From a virus (lineage: Duplodnaviria > Caudoviricetes), in IMG/VR virus record IMGVR_UViG_2603880214_000004, positions 1 to 64,000 of that record: DNA of 64,000 nucleotides; one strand, given 5' to 3'. Both the position numbers and the translations under genes were made by a program. Shown piece by piece: positions 9,898-19,382 of this stretch. The notes below the pieces were generated by a model, which was given only the letters and a program-made list of their open reading frames with translations, did not search any database and was not told the DNA's origin. How positions within the stretch are numbered: the first letter of the stretch is position 1; every line of letters begins with the position of its first letter.

Positions 9898-10515
9898 TTA
9901 TTTATTTATTAACTTTAAAATTTCTTTTGTAGCTTCTAACCTAACAGTTTCATCCTCAGAGTTTTTCATTAAGTATTTTAATGTTTCTAACGACTCTTTA
10001 AGTAGATCTTCACTATTCTCAAGTTTAGTCGTTGTTGGCTTTTCACCAGTAATATATTGTTCAATTTCAGCTTCTTCCCATGTGCCATTAAAACGGCAAA
10101 CCGTGCGAATGTTTTTAAGTAAAGATTGTATTTTTGCATTAAATTGTTCGAAAGGAACTTCATTTAACCAAGTAACTGAACGTGTATGAGGCATATAATC
10201 TTTGATATAATCTTTATTCCATGTATACTCATTAATCTCCCCTATATGAACTATCCCCTTTTTACGAACAAGAACTATATCACCAGCATTCATTACAGTA
10301 ACAAAGGTATTGACCATACTAAAATTGGTTCTAAATGATTGACCTTCATAACTTGGATAGGCAGAGGATAGCTTTTCACGAATTACATCGGTGGATGCCC
10401 CTGTTAAATCGCCAGTTTTGGACCAACCAATCGCGATGAACTCATTCTCGATAAAGCTTTCAAATCGCTCTATTTTCTCTGGTTTAGTTCTTAACATGAA
10501 AATATTTTTAACCAT
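9898..10515 (-). CDS. Mrr-associated (COG4127-like) putative modified-DNA reader without a nuclease domain
   Basis: IAIGW..GDL, MNAGDIVLV, HIGEI, HTRSVTW pattern; short helical C-terminus. Confidence 0.55.
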   Translation of the reverse strand: MVKNIFMLRTKPEKIERFESFIENEFIAIGWSKTGDLTGASTDVIREKLSSAYPSYEGQSFRTNFSMVNTFVTVMNAGDIVLVRKKGIVHIGEINEYTWNKDYIKDYMPHTRSVTWLNEVPFEQFNAKIQSLLKNIRTVCRFNGTWEEAEIEQYITGEKPTTTKLENSEDLLKESLETLKYLMKNSEDETVRLEATKEILKLINK

Positions 10516-10546
10516 TGTACATTCCTCCCAGGTTTTATATGTAGAA

Positions 10547-10604
10547 CTAATTTATGCATAGTTATAACTAAGTTGCAACTTAGTTATAACTATGCATAAA
10601 TTAG
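10547..10604. repeat. 58-bp perfect palindrome with no loop
   Basis: ctaatttatgcatagttataactaagttg|caacttagttataactatgcataaattag; the halves are exact reverse complements. Confidence 0.97.
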
Positions 10605-10756
10605 AAATGTTTGTCAAATAAAAAAAGCACTCTTTTTTGAGTGCCTTAAAATCCATATTTTATTAGATTCATAAACTTCCTATAAATTAGAATACAAATT
10701 ATAGAAATGTAGTTATAATCTACTATTTTATTATATATTTTTGGGGAGGATGTATA

Positions 10757-11045
10757 GTGAATAAAGTATATGAATTTAAAAGTACTGGAAAGTCTATAAT
10801 CACTATTGATGGGAACTTTATCCGCATAAAAAGAAAAGGATTTGTAAACCTTATGAATCACGGTTTAGATGGCTGAAGAAATCAAAACATATATAGAAGG
10901 AATATTGTCGAATAAGGGGCAAACACAAGTTGCTACAACTGCAAGTGGAGCTGACGAAATATTAAAGTATAAAGGGTTGTTAGATTAAGGAATTATTACT
11001 GAAGAAGAGTTCTAAGGGAAGAAAAAGCAATTATTAGGTATATAG
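10757..11045 (+). pseudogene. Degraded DUF4429/SHOCT-type gene
   Basis: Fragments VNKVYEFKSTGKS..HGLDG* and GADEILKYKGLLD*GIITEEEF*GKKKQLL with internal stops. Confidence 0.65.
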
Positions 11046-11216
11046 AGGAGACGCTCATTTGAGCGTTTTTTATTTTATTATCAGGTGATTAATATCATAT
11101 GTATTATTGTAAAAAAGACCTAGATAATAATTTATTTTAATTGGACTATAGATACTTAAAAATAAATAATTAAGGTATAATATTTTTTGTGAATAATTGT
11201 AGGGAGGGGGAATATT

Positions 11217-12287
11217 TTGTCTACACGTATTTATTTTTCTGATGTTTTCGAAAGAATTTCTCAGTTCATAGGTGAAGAAGATATTCATATAGATGAGGAA
11301 TTTTTAAGTTCTCTTTTGCGTTTTCTTTCTAAAGTTTGTAATTATGAAGAAGAAGAAATCAAAATTAGACCTAAATTAATACTTACAAAGAATATAGAAA
11401 AAGTTTTAAAAACAGTTCCTTATCATTTCAAAGTTAAAAGAGGAACGGGAAGAAGTAATGGTGAAGACTTTGATAAGATGATAAAGGCTATTATGCCTTT
11501 TTGTAATTTAGGATGGTACGTTTATGTTGATTTTCAAGATGATGAAATTGAATATGGGATAATCCGTTCATTTAGTGGCCCTAAGGGTTTGACTCTAACG
11601 GAGACACTATATTCTAATAATCTTAATGAAGAGGGAGTTTCAATAGTAGAAATTTCTGTAGCTAGTAAATTTGAAATAGATATACAGGGGGTTAAACAGG
11701 AAAAGTTAATAATTGATTTTAGATTAGTTAGTGAATGTCAGCAAGATTATCCCACTATAATAGACTCAATGGCAGGAGATATTGTAGCTAAAATAGATGA
11801 TCAAGAAACACGTGAAAAATTGATTGATGTATTTAAGAAGTTACTTAGATTACCTCAAGATAGAGTTCATGGAACTATATGCATGGTGGTAAATGATGAT
11901 TATTGTTTTCCAAATGACTCTTTATCGGATGGGATTTGGCTTGATGAGCCAATAAACCTCTCTGAATCCGCGTTATTTGCAATTAATGAAACTAGAGATA
12001 TTTATTTAGGGGAAAGATACTATGCACTTTCAGGACTATTCATAGAAATGTTAAATATGGATGGTATAACGGTTATTGATAATAAAGGGAATGTGCGTGG
12101 ATTTAATGTATTTATTAACAAACAGATAGAAGAGAAGTCGGCAAGATTAATTTCTGGCGGAGCAAGAAAAAGAGCTTTCTATTCATTGCTTGAGACTGGG
12201 GATTCAAAAATTATAGGTGTTTATTTCCAATCTCAAGATGGAGAAATAATGTATAAAAGGATGTGTGATTACCGTGACGGAAAATAA
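11217..12287 (+). CDS. DisA_N/diadenylate-cyclase-fold protein with N-terminal extension
   Basis: HGTICMV, MDGITVID (cf. DGA), GGARKRA (cf. GxRHRxA), SQDGEI. Confidence 0.75.
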   Translation: MSTRIYFSDVFERISQFIGEEDIHIDEEFLSSLLRFLSKVCNYEEEEIKIRPKLILTKNIEKVLKTVPYHFKVKRGTGRSNGEDFDKMIKAIMPFCNLGWYVYVDFQDDEIEYGIIRSFSGPKGLTLTETLYSNNLNEEGVSIVEISVASKFEIDIQGVKQEKLIIDFRLVSECQQDYPTIIDSMAGDIVAKIDDQETREKLIDVFKKLLRLPQDRVHGTICMVVNDDYCFPNDSLSDGIWLDEPINLSESALFAINETRDIYLGERYYALSGLFIEMLNMDGITVIDNKGNVRGFNVFINKQIEEKSARLISGGARKRAFYSLLETGDSKIIGVYFQSQDGEIMYKRMCDYRDGK

Positions 12288-13590
12288 TCTTCCAGTTGTA
12301 TGGGGAGCGAATCAAGGGCTCTCTATTCCAGGACATGAATTGATACAAATAAATAAAGTGGTCGAATATAACAAAAGGCTGTACCCTCGTGAGGTACAAA
12401 CTATAGTAAAAGCCTTTGATAACGAGTTGTACGATATGGCTATTGAGTATACTTGGACAAGAACCTTTAATATATTACGTGAAAGGGTCATGTCTTTTGG
12501 AAAAGATTTTGTACTAGAAATGTTAGGAAGAACCGATGAGGATACTTTAGATTCGCTTTCTGAGGTAGAAACAGTAAGGTTGGCTGCGGATTTAGGAATT
12601 ATTAATGAAACGGCTAAAATGAGGTTTATGCATGTAATCGAATTAATACAACACTATTCATCAAGAAAGGCGCCTGAAGGAGAAGCGATTAATACTTTAG
12701 ATGCTTTAAATAATGTAGGAATATGTGTTCAATATGTATTAGGTTTTGAAGAAGATGGATTTATGATAGAATACTCATCATTTAGAGATAGGTTAAAGAC
12801 AGAAAGAATCCCTACAGAAGACTCAGTTGTTGAAACTTTAAAGTTGGCTCCTTATTTCTATAAAAGAACGACGCTGCGGACTTTGTTGAATCTTATAAAG
12901 AGAACAAAAGGCGGTGAACAGGAAAATGTATTTGCCAATATGAGTACCATAGTTCCGGTCGTTTGGGAGGATCTTATGTCAGATGACCGCTATCCATTAG
13001 GATTCTCTTATGCTGAGGCAATTAATGAAGGAGACCAAAAACTAGTATCTGCTTTTAAATCAGTATTGTTAAAGGTACAAGGGTTTGATTATGTTCCAGA
13101 AGATTTACGTTCAAGATCATTTATTGCTGTCGCAAAAAATTTATTAGATGTTCATTATGGGATTGATAATTTTTATAAAGAGCCTGCAGCAGCCAAATCA
13201 TTAATGTCAATGGGAACCACTATACCAAAACCTGCAATTGGAGCAGTCTTGTCTGCAACATTAGCTTGTAAGATAGGAAATAGTTATGGTGTATCTAATC
13301 TTGCGCAAGCGTCCCTAGATAAAATTCTTGGAACTTTATCCAAGGAGCAATGGGAACATTATTTCAATACTGTCTTCCCTGCAGATGAAACAATAATTGA
13401 CAAGCTTATGTATAGTAATGACAAGATGCAAAAAGAATGGACTAAAGTAATTGAAGTTTATTCTTTGGATCAGTTGAATTTCAAAAATACAAAAATCGGG
13501 AATTTGGTTGTAGCATCAAGAAATTCAAAGTATAAACGAGTTAAAATAATTTTAGGTGAATTAAATGAAAAAATACGTGGGGAGAAATAG
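12265..13590 (+). CDS. Helical protein coupled to the DAC-fold gene, possibly a degenerate HEPN-like N-terminus
   Basis: Overlaps the upstream stop; AIEYTW..LAADLGII..IQHY helix pattern lacking RxxxxH. Confidence 0.55.
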   Translation: MITVTENNLPVVWGANQGLSIPGHELIQINKVVEYNKRLYPREVQTIVKAFDNELYDMAIEYTWTRTFNILRERVMSFGKDFVLEMLGRTDEDTLDSLSEVETVRLAADLGIINETAKMRFMHVIELIQHYSSRKAPEGEAINTLDALNNVGICVQYVLGFEEDGFMIEYSSFRDRLKTERIPTEDSVVETLKLAPYFYKRTTLRTLLNLIKRTKGGEQENVFANMSTIVPVVWEDLMSDDRYPLGFSYAEAINEGDQKLVSAFKSVLLKVQGFDYVPEDLRSRSFIAVAKNLLDVHYGIDNFYKEPAAAKSLMSMGTTIPKPAIGAVLSATLACKIGNSYGVSNLAQASLDKILGTLSKEQWEHYFNTVFPADETIIDKLMYSNDKMQKEWTKVIEVYSLDQLNFKNTKIGNLVVASRNSKYKRVKIILGELNEKIRGEK

Positions 13591-13823
13591 AATTAACGTA
13601 AGATGTGTTTTTTTAATAAAGCCCAATCTTTACTATGAAGTAGCCACTAGAACCATGAGATATACTGAGACTCTGTTAAGTAACAGGGTCTTTTATTATT
13701 GCTTGTATAGATAAATTTATTTTTGATTCTATAGAAAGATAATAAAAAAGAGAGCGAATGGGGATATTACCGCATTTGATAAATCTAGCAAATGAGGATA
13801 ATTTCCTTTATTATGAAATCAAA

Positions 13824-13961
13824 TTACAGTATATTTTTGTTGTTTTGCAATATTTTCACGTACAATGCAACTTGCTTAGTAAAACGACCTTGCAGCCGTC
13901 CAGAAAGTTCTTCATAAGTTCCTGTGGTTAATACGGTAAAACATGTATAAGAGTACTTCAT
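13824..13961 (-). CDS. Small hypothetical protein or remnant (45 aa)
   Basis: ORF MKYSYTCF..KQVALYVKILQNNKNIL; a diverged partial copy lies at ~1870-1965. Confidence 0.35.
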   Translation of the reverse strand: MKYSYTCFTVLTTGTYEELSGRLQGRFTKQVALYVKILQNNKNIL

Positions 13962-14310
13962 ACAGAAAGATGCACTATTGCATACCTTTATCCTTAAGTG
14001 TGAGAAAGCCTTGATATATAGCTATTTTCAAACTTTCTCAACATTTTTCTGATAACCACACGACTGAATTTTGGCAAAAATATGATATTATGAAAATAAT
14101 AAAATAAACGGACGTAAAAAAGACTCACAGCGTGTATAAGTAGTGCGCTAACACTCTTACACCGCTTTCCCTAATCGCACTAGGGAAAACACTTACTGCA
14201 AGTCTTACACAAATTATAACACATCTTTTGAATGTAGTGACGCGTTTTCCTTTGAAAGTTAAAAAATGGGTATAACGTGTCTTTTGTTCCGAAAAAAGGG
14301 GAGCAAAGTT

Positions 14311-15438
14311 ATGCAAAGTGTTTTAAATAGAATAAACGATGATCTGTATGCACAAAAAATAAGTAACAGACAGTTATCTACAATGCTAGATATAAGTCAC
14401 ACAACCACTAATGCTATGTTATCAAACAAGAGGGAGTTTGATTTTGTTCATTTTGTTAGGGTATTACAAATGCTTTACCCTAATGATGTTAATTTACGAA
14501 GAGAATGTTTGAGAGGATTTATAAATAAAATCTCTCCTAAAAATGTAAGATTAGGAATGGAATTTTTAAATTTATATGGTGAACTTGATTTGCAAAATAT
14601 TTTAGTTGAAAAATCTAACCAATCTTCAAATCGAGTAAATAAACAATTAGCTGAAGTATATGAATTATTGCTTCGTAGAAGTGACGAAACAATTACAAGG
14701 AAAGATTTTCACCAAGAGGTCGAGAAAAAAAGAAAAGAAAAGAAAATTACCAGTAATGAACTACGTATAGTTTCTGATTTCGCGCTAATTTATTCATTCT
14801 TGGACTATAAAAATTATCAAATGGTATTAAAATACACAAAAGAATTAAGAACTTACATCGATGAAATTAAGAATAGGTCGTTATCTCACTCTTTCTTGAT
14901 AAGAGCCAGAGAAATGGAAGCAACAACTAACCATCGAACTAATAATATAGAAGATGCTCGTATGTTGTGCCAAAAGATAATTAATGATCAAGAGAATATC
15001 TATATTGGTACAATAGCTAATGCTTATTGTATTTTAGCGGAAACGTATTCTTTTACAAATTTTAAGATAGCGAAAATGCTCTTAGAAAGAGGTATTAGAC
15101 TACTTCATAACCCAACCAATAAGAAGCTAATAATTAGAAGAGCTGTTTTAGAAAACACTCTTGATTTTTTACGTCTGCATTGGGGAGAAGAGTTAGATTT
15201 GGTGAAACCGCACCATGCAGCAGAATTAGCCTTTCTATACATTAAAAGCAACCGTAAACGTGAAGCTATTGCGATTTTGGATAAAATTAAAAGGGAAAAT
15301 GGTTCATTGTCACCTATGCAAGAATACTATATGGGATTGGCGACAGGTAATAAAAAACACTTCGAAATTTCTATAGAAAAATTTGAAAAAACAGGAGATT
15401 TTTTCTATATTTCACTCCCTAAATATGCCTTGAAATGA
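14311..15438 (+). CDS. aimR: AimR-family arbitrium receptor (HTH + TPR)
   Basis: N-terminal HTH, TPR-like helices, followed by a secreted peptide gene and next to cI. Confidence 0.85.
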   Translation: MQSVLNRINDDLYAQKISNRQLSTMLDISHTTTNAMLSNKREFDFVHFVRVLQMLYPNDVNLRRECLRGFINKISPKNVRLGMEFLNLYGELDLQNILVEKSNQSSNRVNKQLAEVYELLLRRSDETITRKDFHQEVEKKRKEKKITSNELRIVSDFALIYSFLDYKNYQMVLKYTKELRTYIDEIKNRSLSHSFLIRAREMEATTNHRTNNIEDARMLCQKIINDQENIYIGTIANAYCILAETYSFTNFKIAKMLLERGIRLLHNPTNKKLIIRRAVLENTLDFLRLHWGEELDLVKPHHAAELAFLYIKSNRKREAIAILDKIKRENGSLSPMQEYYMGLATGNKKHFEISIEKFEKTGDFFYISLPKYALK

Positions 15439-15472
15439 TATAATGGAGGCATAAATAGAGGTGGTGAAATGA

Positions 15473-15625
15473 TTGAAATCAAAAATCATTAAATCGATTT
15501 TAGCGATTGCCGCTGTAGCTTGTTTTTCTTTTACAGCAGTAAAAACAGAAGATACACAACAGGTTGCAAAAGTAGAACAGCCTGTACTATATATGCAAGT
15601 TGATCCTGGCGGAGCCGGGGGGTAA
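15473..15625 (+). CDS. aimP: Arbitrium pro-peptide MKSKIIKSILAIAAVACFSFTAVKTEDTQQVAKVEQPVLYMQVDPGGAGG (not in ORF track)
   Basis: TTG start after GAGGTGG; signal peptide; C-terminal DPGG-type peptide. Confidence 0.85.
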   Translation: MKSKIIKSILAIAAVACFSFTAVKTEDTQQVAKVEQPVLYMQVDPGGAGG

Positions 15626-15640
15626 TTAAATAGATATTAA

Positions 15641-15670
15641 AAATGACACTATCATAACGATAGTGTCATT
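15641..15670 (+). terminator. Hairpin after aimP
   Basis: aatgacactatc-ataac-gatagtgtcatt. Confidence 0.6.
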
Positions 15671-15773
15671 CGTGCTTTTAGGGAGTGGAACGCTTTTTAA
15701 CAAATGTGCAAAAACGTTCCAAATGTGAAAAATTCACAAACTACTATGAAGAGAAAAGGATGGGGTACTTAAG

Positions 15774-15911
15774 ATGGAGGATTGCAAACGAGGCATACAA
15801 TCATTAATTGATAAGGCTAAAAATGGGGATAAACAAGCGACTTTAATTTTAAAGGAAATCGACATACTTTTAAATGAATGCGAAGTGACTATGACAAAGA
15901 AAAAAGGATGA
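15774..15911 (+). CDS. Putative AimX small ORF/transcript convergent on cI
   Basis: 45-aa ORF MEDCKRGIQSLIDKAK.. between aimP and the 3' end of cI. Confidence 0.55.
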   Translation: MEDCKRGIQSLIDKAKNGDKQATLILKEIDILLNECEVTMTKKKG

Positions 15912-15940
15912 TTGTTAGCGGTAACTATCAATCATCCTTA

Positions 15941-16300
15941 CTATTTATCATCTTCTATATCTAATCCAGAAATTAACGCTTTTATCTTCTTAATAGCGAA
16001 TTCTTTAGTTTCTTCATCAAATGTTTCTACACGATTTATATAATGTTTTAGTTCTAACATAACATCTGATGATGAAGAATTTTCGTTAGTTTTATTATCT
16101 GATAATCCCATAATATAGTCGGTAGATATGTTTGCTAAATTAGAAATTTTAGAAACGGTTTCTCTAGAGGGGGTCTTTTTACCTGATTCCATAAAAGAAA
16201 CCATCGGTTTACTAATATCTACACTATCTGCAAACTGTTGCTGTGTATATCCGAGCGACATCCTTATCTCTTTTATTCTTTTCCCAATTATATTCTCCAT
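15941..16300 (-). CDS. CI-like XRE repressor
   Basis: IGKRIKEIR..YTQQQFA HTH; start moved to the ATG with RBS AAGGGGAG. Confidence 0.88.
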   Translation of the reverse strand: MENIIGKRIKEIRMSLGYTQQQFADSVDISKPMVSFMESGKKTPSRETVSKISNLANISTDYIMGLSDNKTNENSSSSDVMLELKHYINRVETFDEETKEFAIKKIKALISGLDIEDDK

Positions 16301-16357
16301 AATGCTCCCCTTTTTTATTACCTTAGTATTACCTGATACATAAAATATAACAGAAAA

Positions 16358-16719
16358 GTTGACTCTAAGACAACTTAGTTTTTTAAAACCGATTTTTAAA
16401 AAACGTTGTTGACTTGTAGTTAACAAATTGGTATTATGAAGACATCGAAAGAAATAAGGGTGGTGCTAATGACAAAACTTAATGCAGATCGTGCTAAAGA
16501 ATTAAGGAAGTCACTAGGTTATACACAGCAATTCGTAGCTGATTACCTATGTTGTTCTAAAAGTGGTATTTGTTATATGGAAAAAGGTAAAAGGCAACCG
16601 AGTCTAGAGAAATTAGGTAAATTATCAATATTATATAGAGTGACGACTGATGAATTATTAGAGTAAAGTTAACCCTAGGTTGTCGTTTTTTTGAAAATAT
16701 AAGTTAACCTATAGTTAAC
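16358..16719. promoter_or_regulatory. Four operator-like 17-bp inverted repeats (GTTRAC-N5-GTTAAC-like)
   Basis: 16358 gttgactctaagacaac; 16408 gttgacttgtagttaac; 16668 gttaaccctaggttgtc; 16703 gttaacctatagttaac. Confidence 0.75.
16469..16666 (+). CDS. Cro-like HTH protein
   Basis: Divergent from cI; XRE HTH. Confidence 0.85.
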   Translation: MTKLNADRAKELRKSLGYTQQFVADYLCCSKSGICYMEKGKRQPSLEKLGKLSILYRVTTDELLE

Positions 16720-16825
16720 TATAGAGGGAATGAATACTCATTGGAAGCAAAAAGGAAGATTGTTTATTAATGAAATACCAACGAAACGCGGAATTATTCC
16801 AGAAATGGATAGGGAGGCGATGTAA

Positions 16826-16948
16826 ATGATGGAGGAAAGTACATTATCATTGGCAATTGTATCAGCGGCTATATGTCTATTAACATACCTAGTACACAGA
16901 ATTGATGTCTGGGATAAAAAGACAGGATGGTCACAAGATGATAAATAA
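16826..16948 (+). CDS. Small membrane protein (40 aa)
   Basis: RBS GGGAGG; one TM. Confidence 0.55.
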   Translation: MMEESTLSLAIVSAAICLLTYLVHRIDVWDKKTGWSQDDK

Positions 16949-17078
16949 ACAGCAACGTGATGAATATGAACGAAAGAAAATCTTGTGGATTATAAAGGAT
17001 TTAAGAGCAAAGGGTGTACATAACAGCGCAGATAAGGTTGAGGAAACATACAAGAGGTATATCACTCTAGCTAAATGA
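16938..17078 (+). CDS. Small hypothetical protein (46 aa)
   Basis: Overlaps the previous gene; MINKQQRDEYERKK.. Confidence 0.55.
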   Translation: MINKQQRDEYERKKILWIIKDLRAKGVHNSADKVEETYKRYITLAK

Positions 17079-17340
17079 TAAAAGCCCTGCAAGGGGATGC
17101 AGGGCAAGACTAAGGGTATTGAAGAATTGTCGATTCTAAAAGTAAAGGACTTCTTGGAATGTAATAAGTTTAACACGTAGTTCATTAAATTTTTATATAA
17201 AGATTTTACAGATTTATGAACACAATAAAATTTGATAAAAGGAGTGATTCATGTGGAAGAAAACAAGAATCAAGCCCCTGCGGTAACAGAGGCTGTTGTA
17301 GAAGTGAAAATTCTATTAAATAATAAGCAAATTTGTGAAT

Positions 17341-17589
17341 CTAACGTTGTACTTCAACTTGACCAGAAATAGTAGCACTATATCGTTCATGCATACGTTT
17401 TCTTAAGTTATCTTCATAAGCTTTTGTCGCTTCTTTTATAACCATTTCTAGACTGCTCTCTGGAGTTAAATCATTATACTGGTGCGATTGTTCATGGACG
17501 TATTTTAAAACACCGTCAACAATTTCATGATGAGATAGTTTGAAAATATCATCTAAGTCAACACGAATATTTATAGTAGTTGGTTTCAT
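17341..17589 (-). CDS. Hypothetical protein (moron, opposite strand)
   Basis: RBS AAGGAGGTG before MKPTT. Confidence 0.6.
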   Translation of the reverse strand: MKPTTINIRVDLDDIFKLSHHEIVDGVLKYVHEQSHQYNDLTPESSLEMVIKEATKAYEDNLRKRMHERYSATISGQVEVQR

Positions 17590-17940
17590 AAAAACACCTC
17601 CTTCCAGTCTAAGTAATTCGACAGAAAGGAGGGAAATCCTACAAGGATAAGACGCGCATTCGCTTGTCGTAATATTCAGGAATTTAATGGTGTTCCCCAT
17701 CTAGTAAAAGGATTCCTGGATATTTTGATGCGTGAAAGCATCAAAAAAGCCCGTACAGAAGCACAGGCCAGTTGTTACACATATCGGTAACTAAATTTTA
17801 ACAAACTTTCAGAAAGTTAGCTATTGAAAAATAAAAAACGCTCGATGGCAACGAGCGATGTAGAGAAAACATTCCCTAAAATTAGCTACCCATATTATAC
17901 CATAAGTTTTCTCTCAGTAAATAAGGAGGAATTCAAAAAA

Positions 17941-18141
17941 ATGATTGAAAATCCAATTACTTACGGAAATCATCACGATTCATCAGCAAGAGACTTCATG
18001 GATTATTGCCAAGGGTGTGGTGGAGAAATCTTCTACGGAGAAGGGTACCTTGATTTTAGTGGTGATCCAATCCATACCGAATCCGAATGCATCAAACAGT
18101 ACGTTGAAGAACATTCGATGAAGAAAGTAGCAGGTGAATAA
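17941..18141 (+). CDS. Small Zn-finger phage protein
   Basis: CQGCG..H..EC; RBS AAGGAGG. Confidence 0.65.
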   Translation: MIENPITYGNHHDSSARDFMDYCQGCGGEIFYGEGYLDFSGDPIHTESECIKQYVEEHSMKKVAGE

Positions 18142-18319
18142 GGTGATCCTACAAAACAAAATTGAAGCTGAAATTCAAATTATGAAGAGTCTAGTTGAAC
18201 GATACAAGCAAAGTAAAGAGCCTAACGCTGTATCAATGGTTGTAGCTTACGAGTATGGGTTACAAGCACTTATGGAAGTGTATGAAGCTAGTAAACAAAC
18301 GGAAATAGCACCATTTTAA
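18134..18319 (+). CDS. Hypothetical phage protein
   Basis: Coupled ORF in the early operon. Confidence 0.6.
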   Translation: MNKVILQNKIEAEIQIMKSLVERYKQSKEPNAVSMVVAYEYGLQALMEVYEASKQTEIAPF

Positions 18320-18336
18320 AAGAAGGGGAGATTCAT

Positions 18337-18969
18337 ATGATAACTGAAAATTACTTTTCTAAATTGGCTCAAATAGATTGTTCGGGACATGTTGAGAAGA
18401 AAGGGCGTTTTAACTACTTATCATGGGCGTGGGCGGTTAAAAAGCTTCGTGAAGTAGATCCAACAGCCACATGGGAAGTAAAACGATTTGATGGAGTGCC
18501 TTACCTCAAAACAGGTTGTGGTTACTTTGTAGAAGTTGAAGTAACTGTACAAGGAATACCACTAAGTCAGATTCACCCGATACTTAACAATCAGAACAAG
18601 CCGATTGCAGAGCCTAATAGTTTTGACATTAACACAAGTATCCAACGTTGCTTAGTAAAGGCAATTGCACTTCACGGATTAGGATTGTACATCTATGCAG
18701 GTGAAGATTTACCAGAGATCCAAGAGGAAATGATTACTGCTCAACAAGTTGGTGCAATTAAATTAAACATAAAAAAATTAGCTACCCTTCGAAAAGTGGA
18801 TGAAGACACGATTAAAGGATACTTAGGTATTAAAGAGGTTGGCGAATTGACATTAAAACAAGCTGGAGAAGTACTTAAGAAATTAACAAAGTGGGTTAAA
18901 CAGGCTGAAAAAGAAACTTCTGAAACTGAAGAGCAAGAACAAGTAGAAAAAGTAGAACAAACAAACTAA
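18337..18969 (+). CDS. Sak-like (DUF1071, Rad52-like) ssDNA annealing protein
   Basis: YLSWAWA, SIQRCLVKAIALHGLGLYIYAGEDLP. Confidence 0.85.
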   Translation: MITENYFSKLAQIDCSGHVEKKGRFNYLSWAWAVKKLREVDPTATWEVKRFDGVPYLKTGCGYFVEVEVTVQGIPLSQIHPILNNQNKPIAEPNSFDINTSIQRCLVKAIALHGLGLYIYAGEDLPEIQEEMITAQQVGAIKLNIKKLATLRKVDEDTIKGYLGIKEVGELTLKQAGEVLKKLTKWVKQAEKETSETEEQEQVEKVEQTN

Positions 18970-18984
18970 GGAGATGCTAAACCT

Positions 18985-19161
18985 ATGTTAGACAAAAATC
19001 AATCTAAAGTCGTCCTTCCGAAGTGGGTGTGGAAGGGCGCATGGAATGAAAAAGAAGCAAGAGTAAAGGCGATTGAGTACATCACCCCCGATCGCTACCC
19101 AGGATATAAAATAATCAAAATTCAAGGCGACATAGCGGTATGCGAAAGGGCGAATGCGTGA
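18985..19161 (+). CDS. Hypothetical protein (58 aa)
   Basis: RBS AAGGAG; MLDKNQSKVVLPKWVW.. Confidence 0.6.
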   Translation: MLDKNQSKVVLPKWVWKGAWNEKEARVKAIEYITPDRYPGYKIIKIQGDIAVCERANA

Positions 19162-19382
19162 TGTTTAAGATACCTGTAAGGCGTGGATCGATGAAAGAGA
19201 TGTTAATAGCAGTTCGGGATTTAGAAAAACGAGGTTATGACTATGTAACACCAATTAAACGAATATATAGGGCAGAAAGAACTTTTTATCATGAAGGTAA
19301 GTTCAGGGGGAGAGAAAAGGTTCGGTTTACTGGCATGGAAGACAATGTGAGTTATGAATGTTGGATGAAGAAGGTGAACTAA
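19161..19382 (+). CDS. Hypothetical protein
   Basis: Stop-start coupled ORF. Confidence 0.6.
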   Translation: MFKIPVRRGSMKEMLIAVRDLEKRGYDYVTPIKRIYRAERTFYHEGKFRGREKVRFTGMEDNVSYECWMKKVN

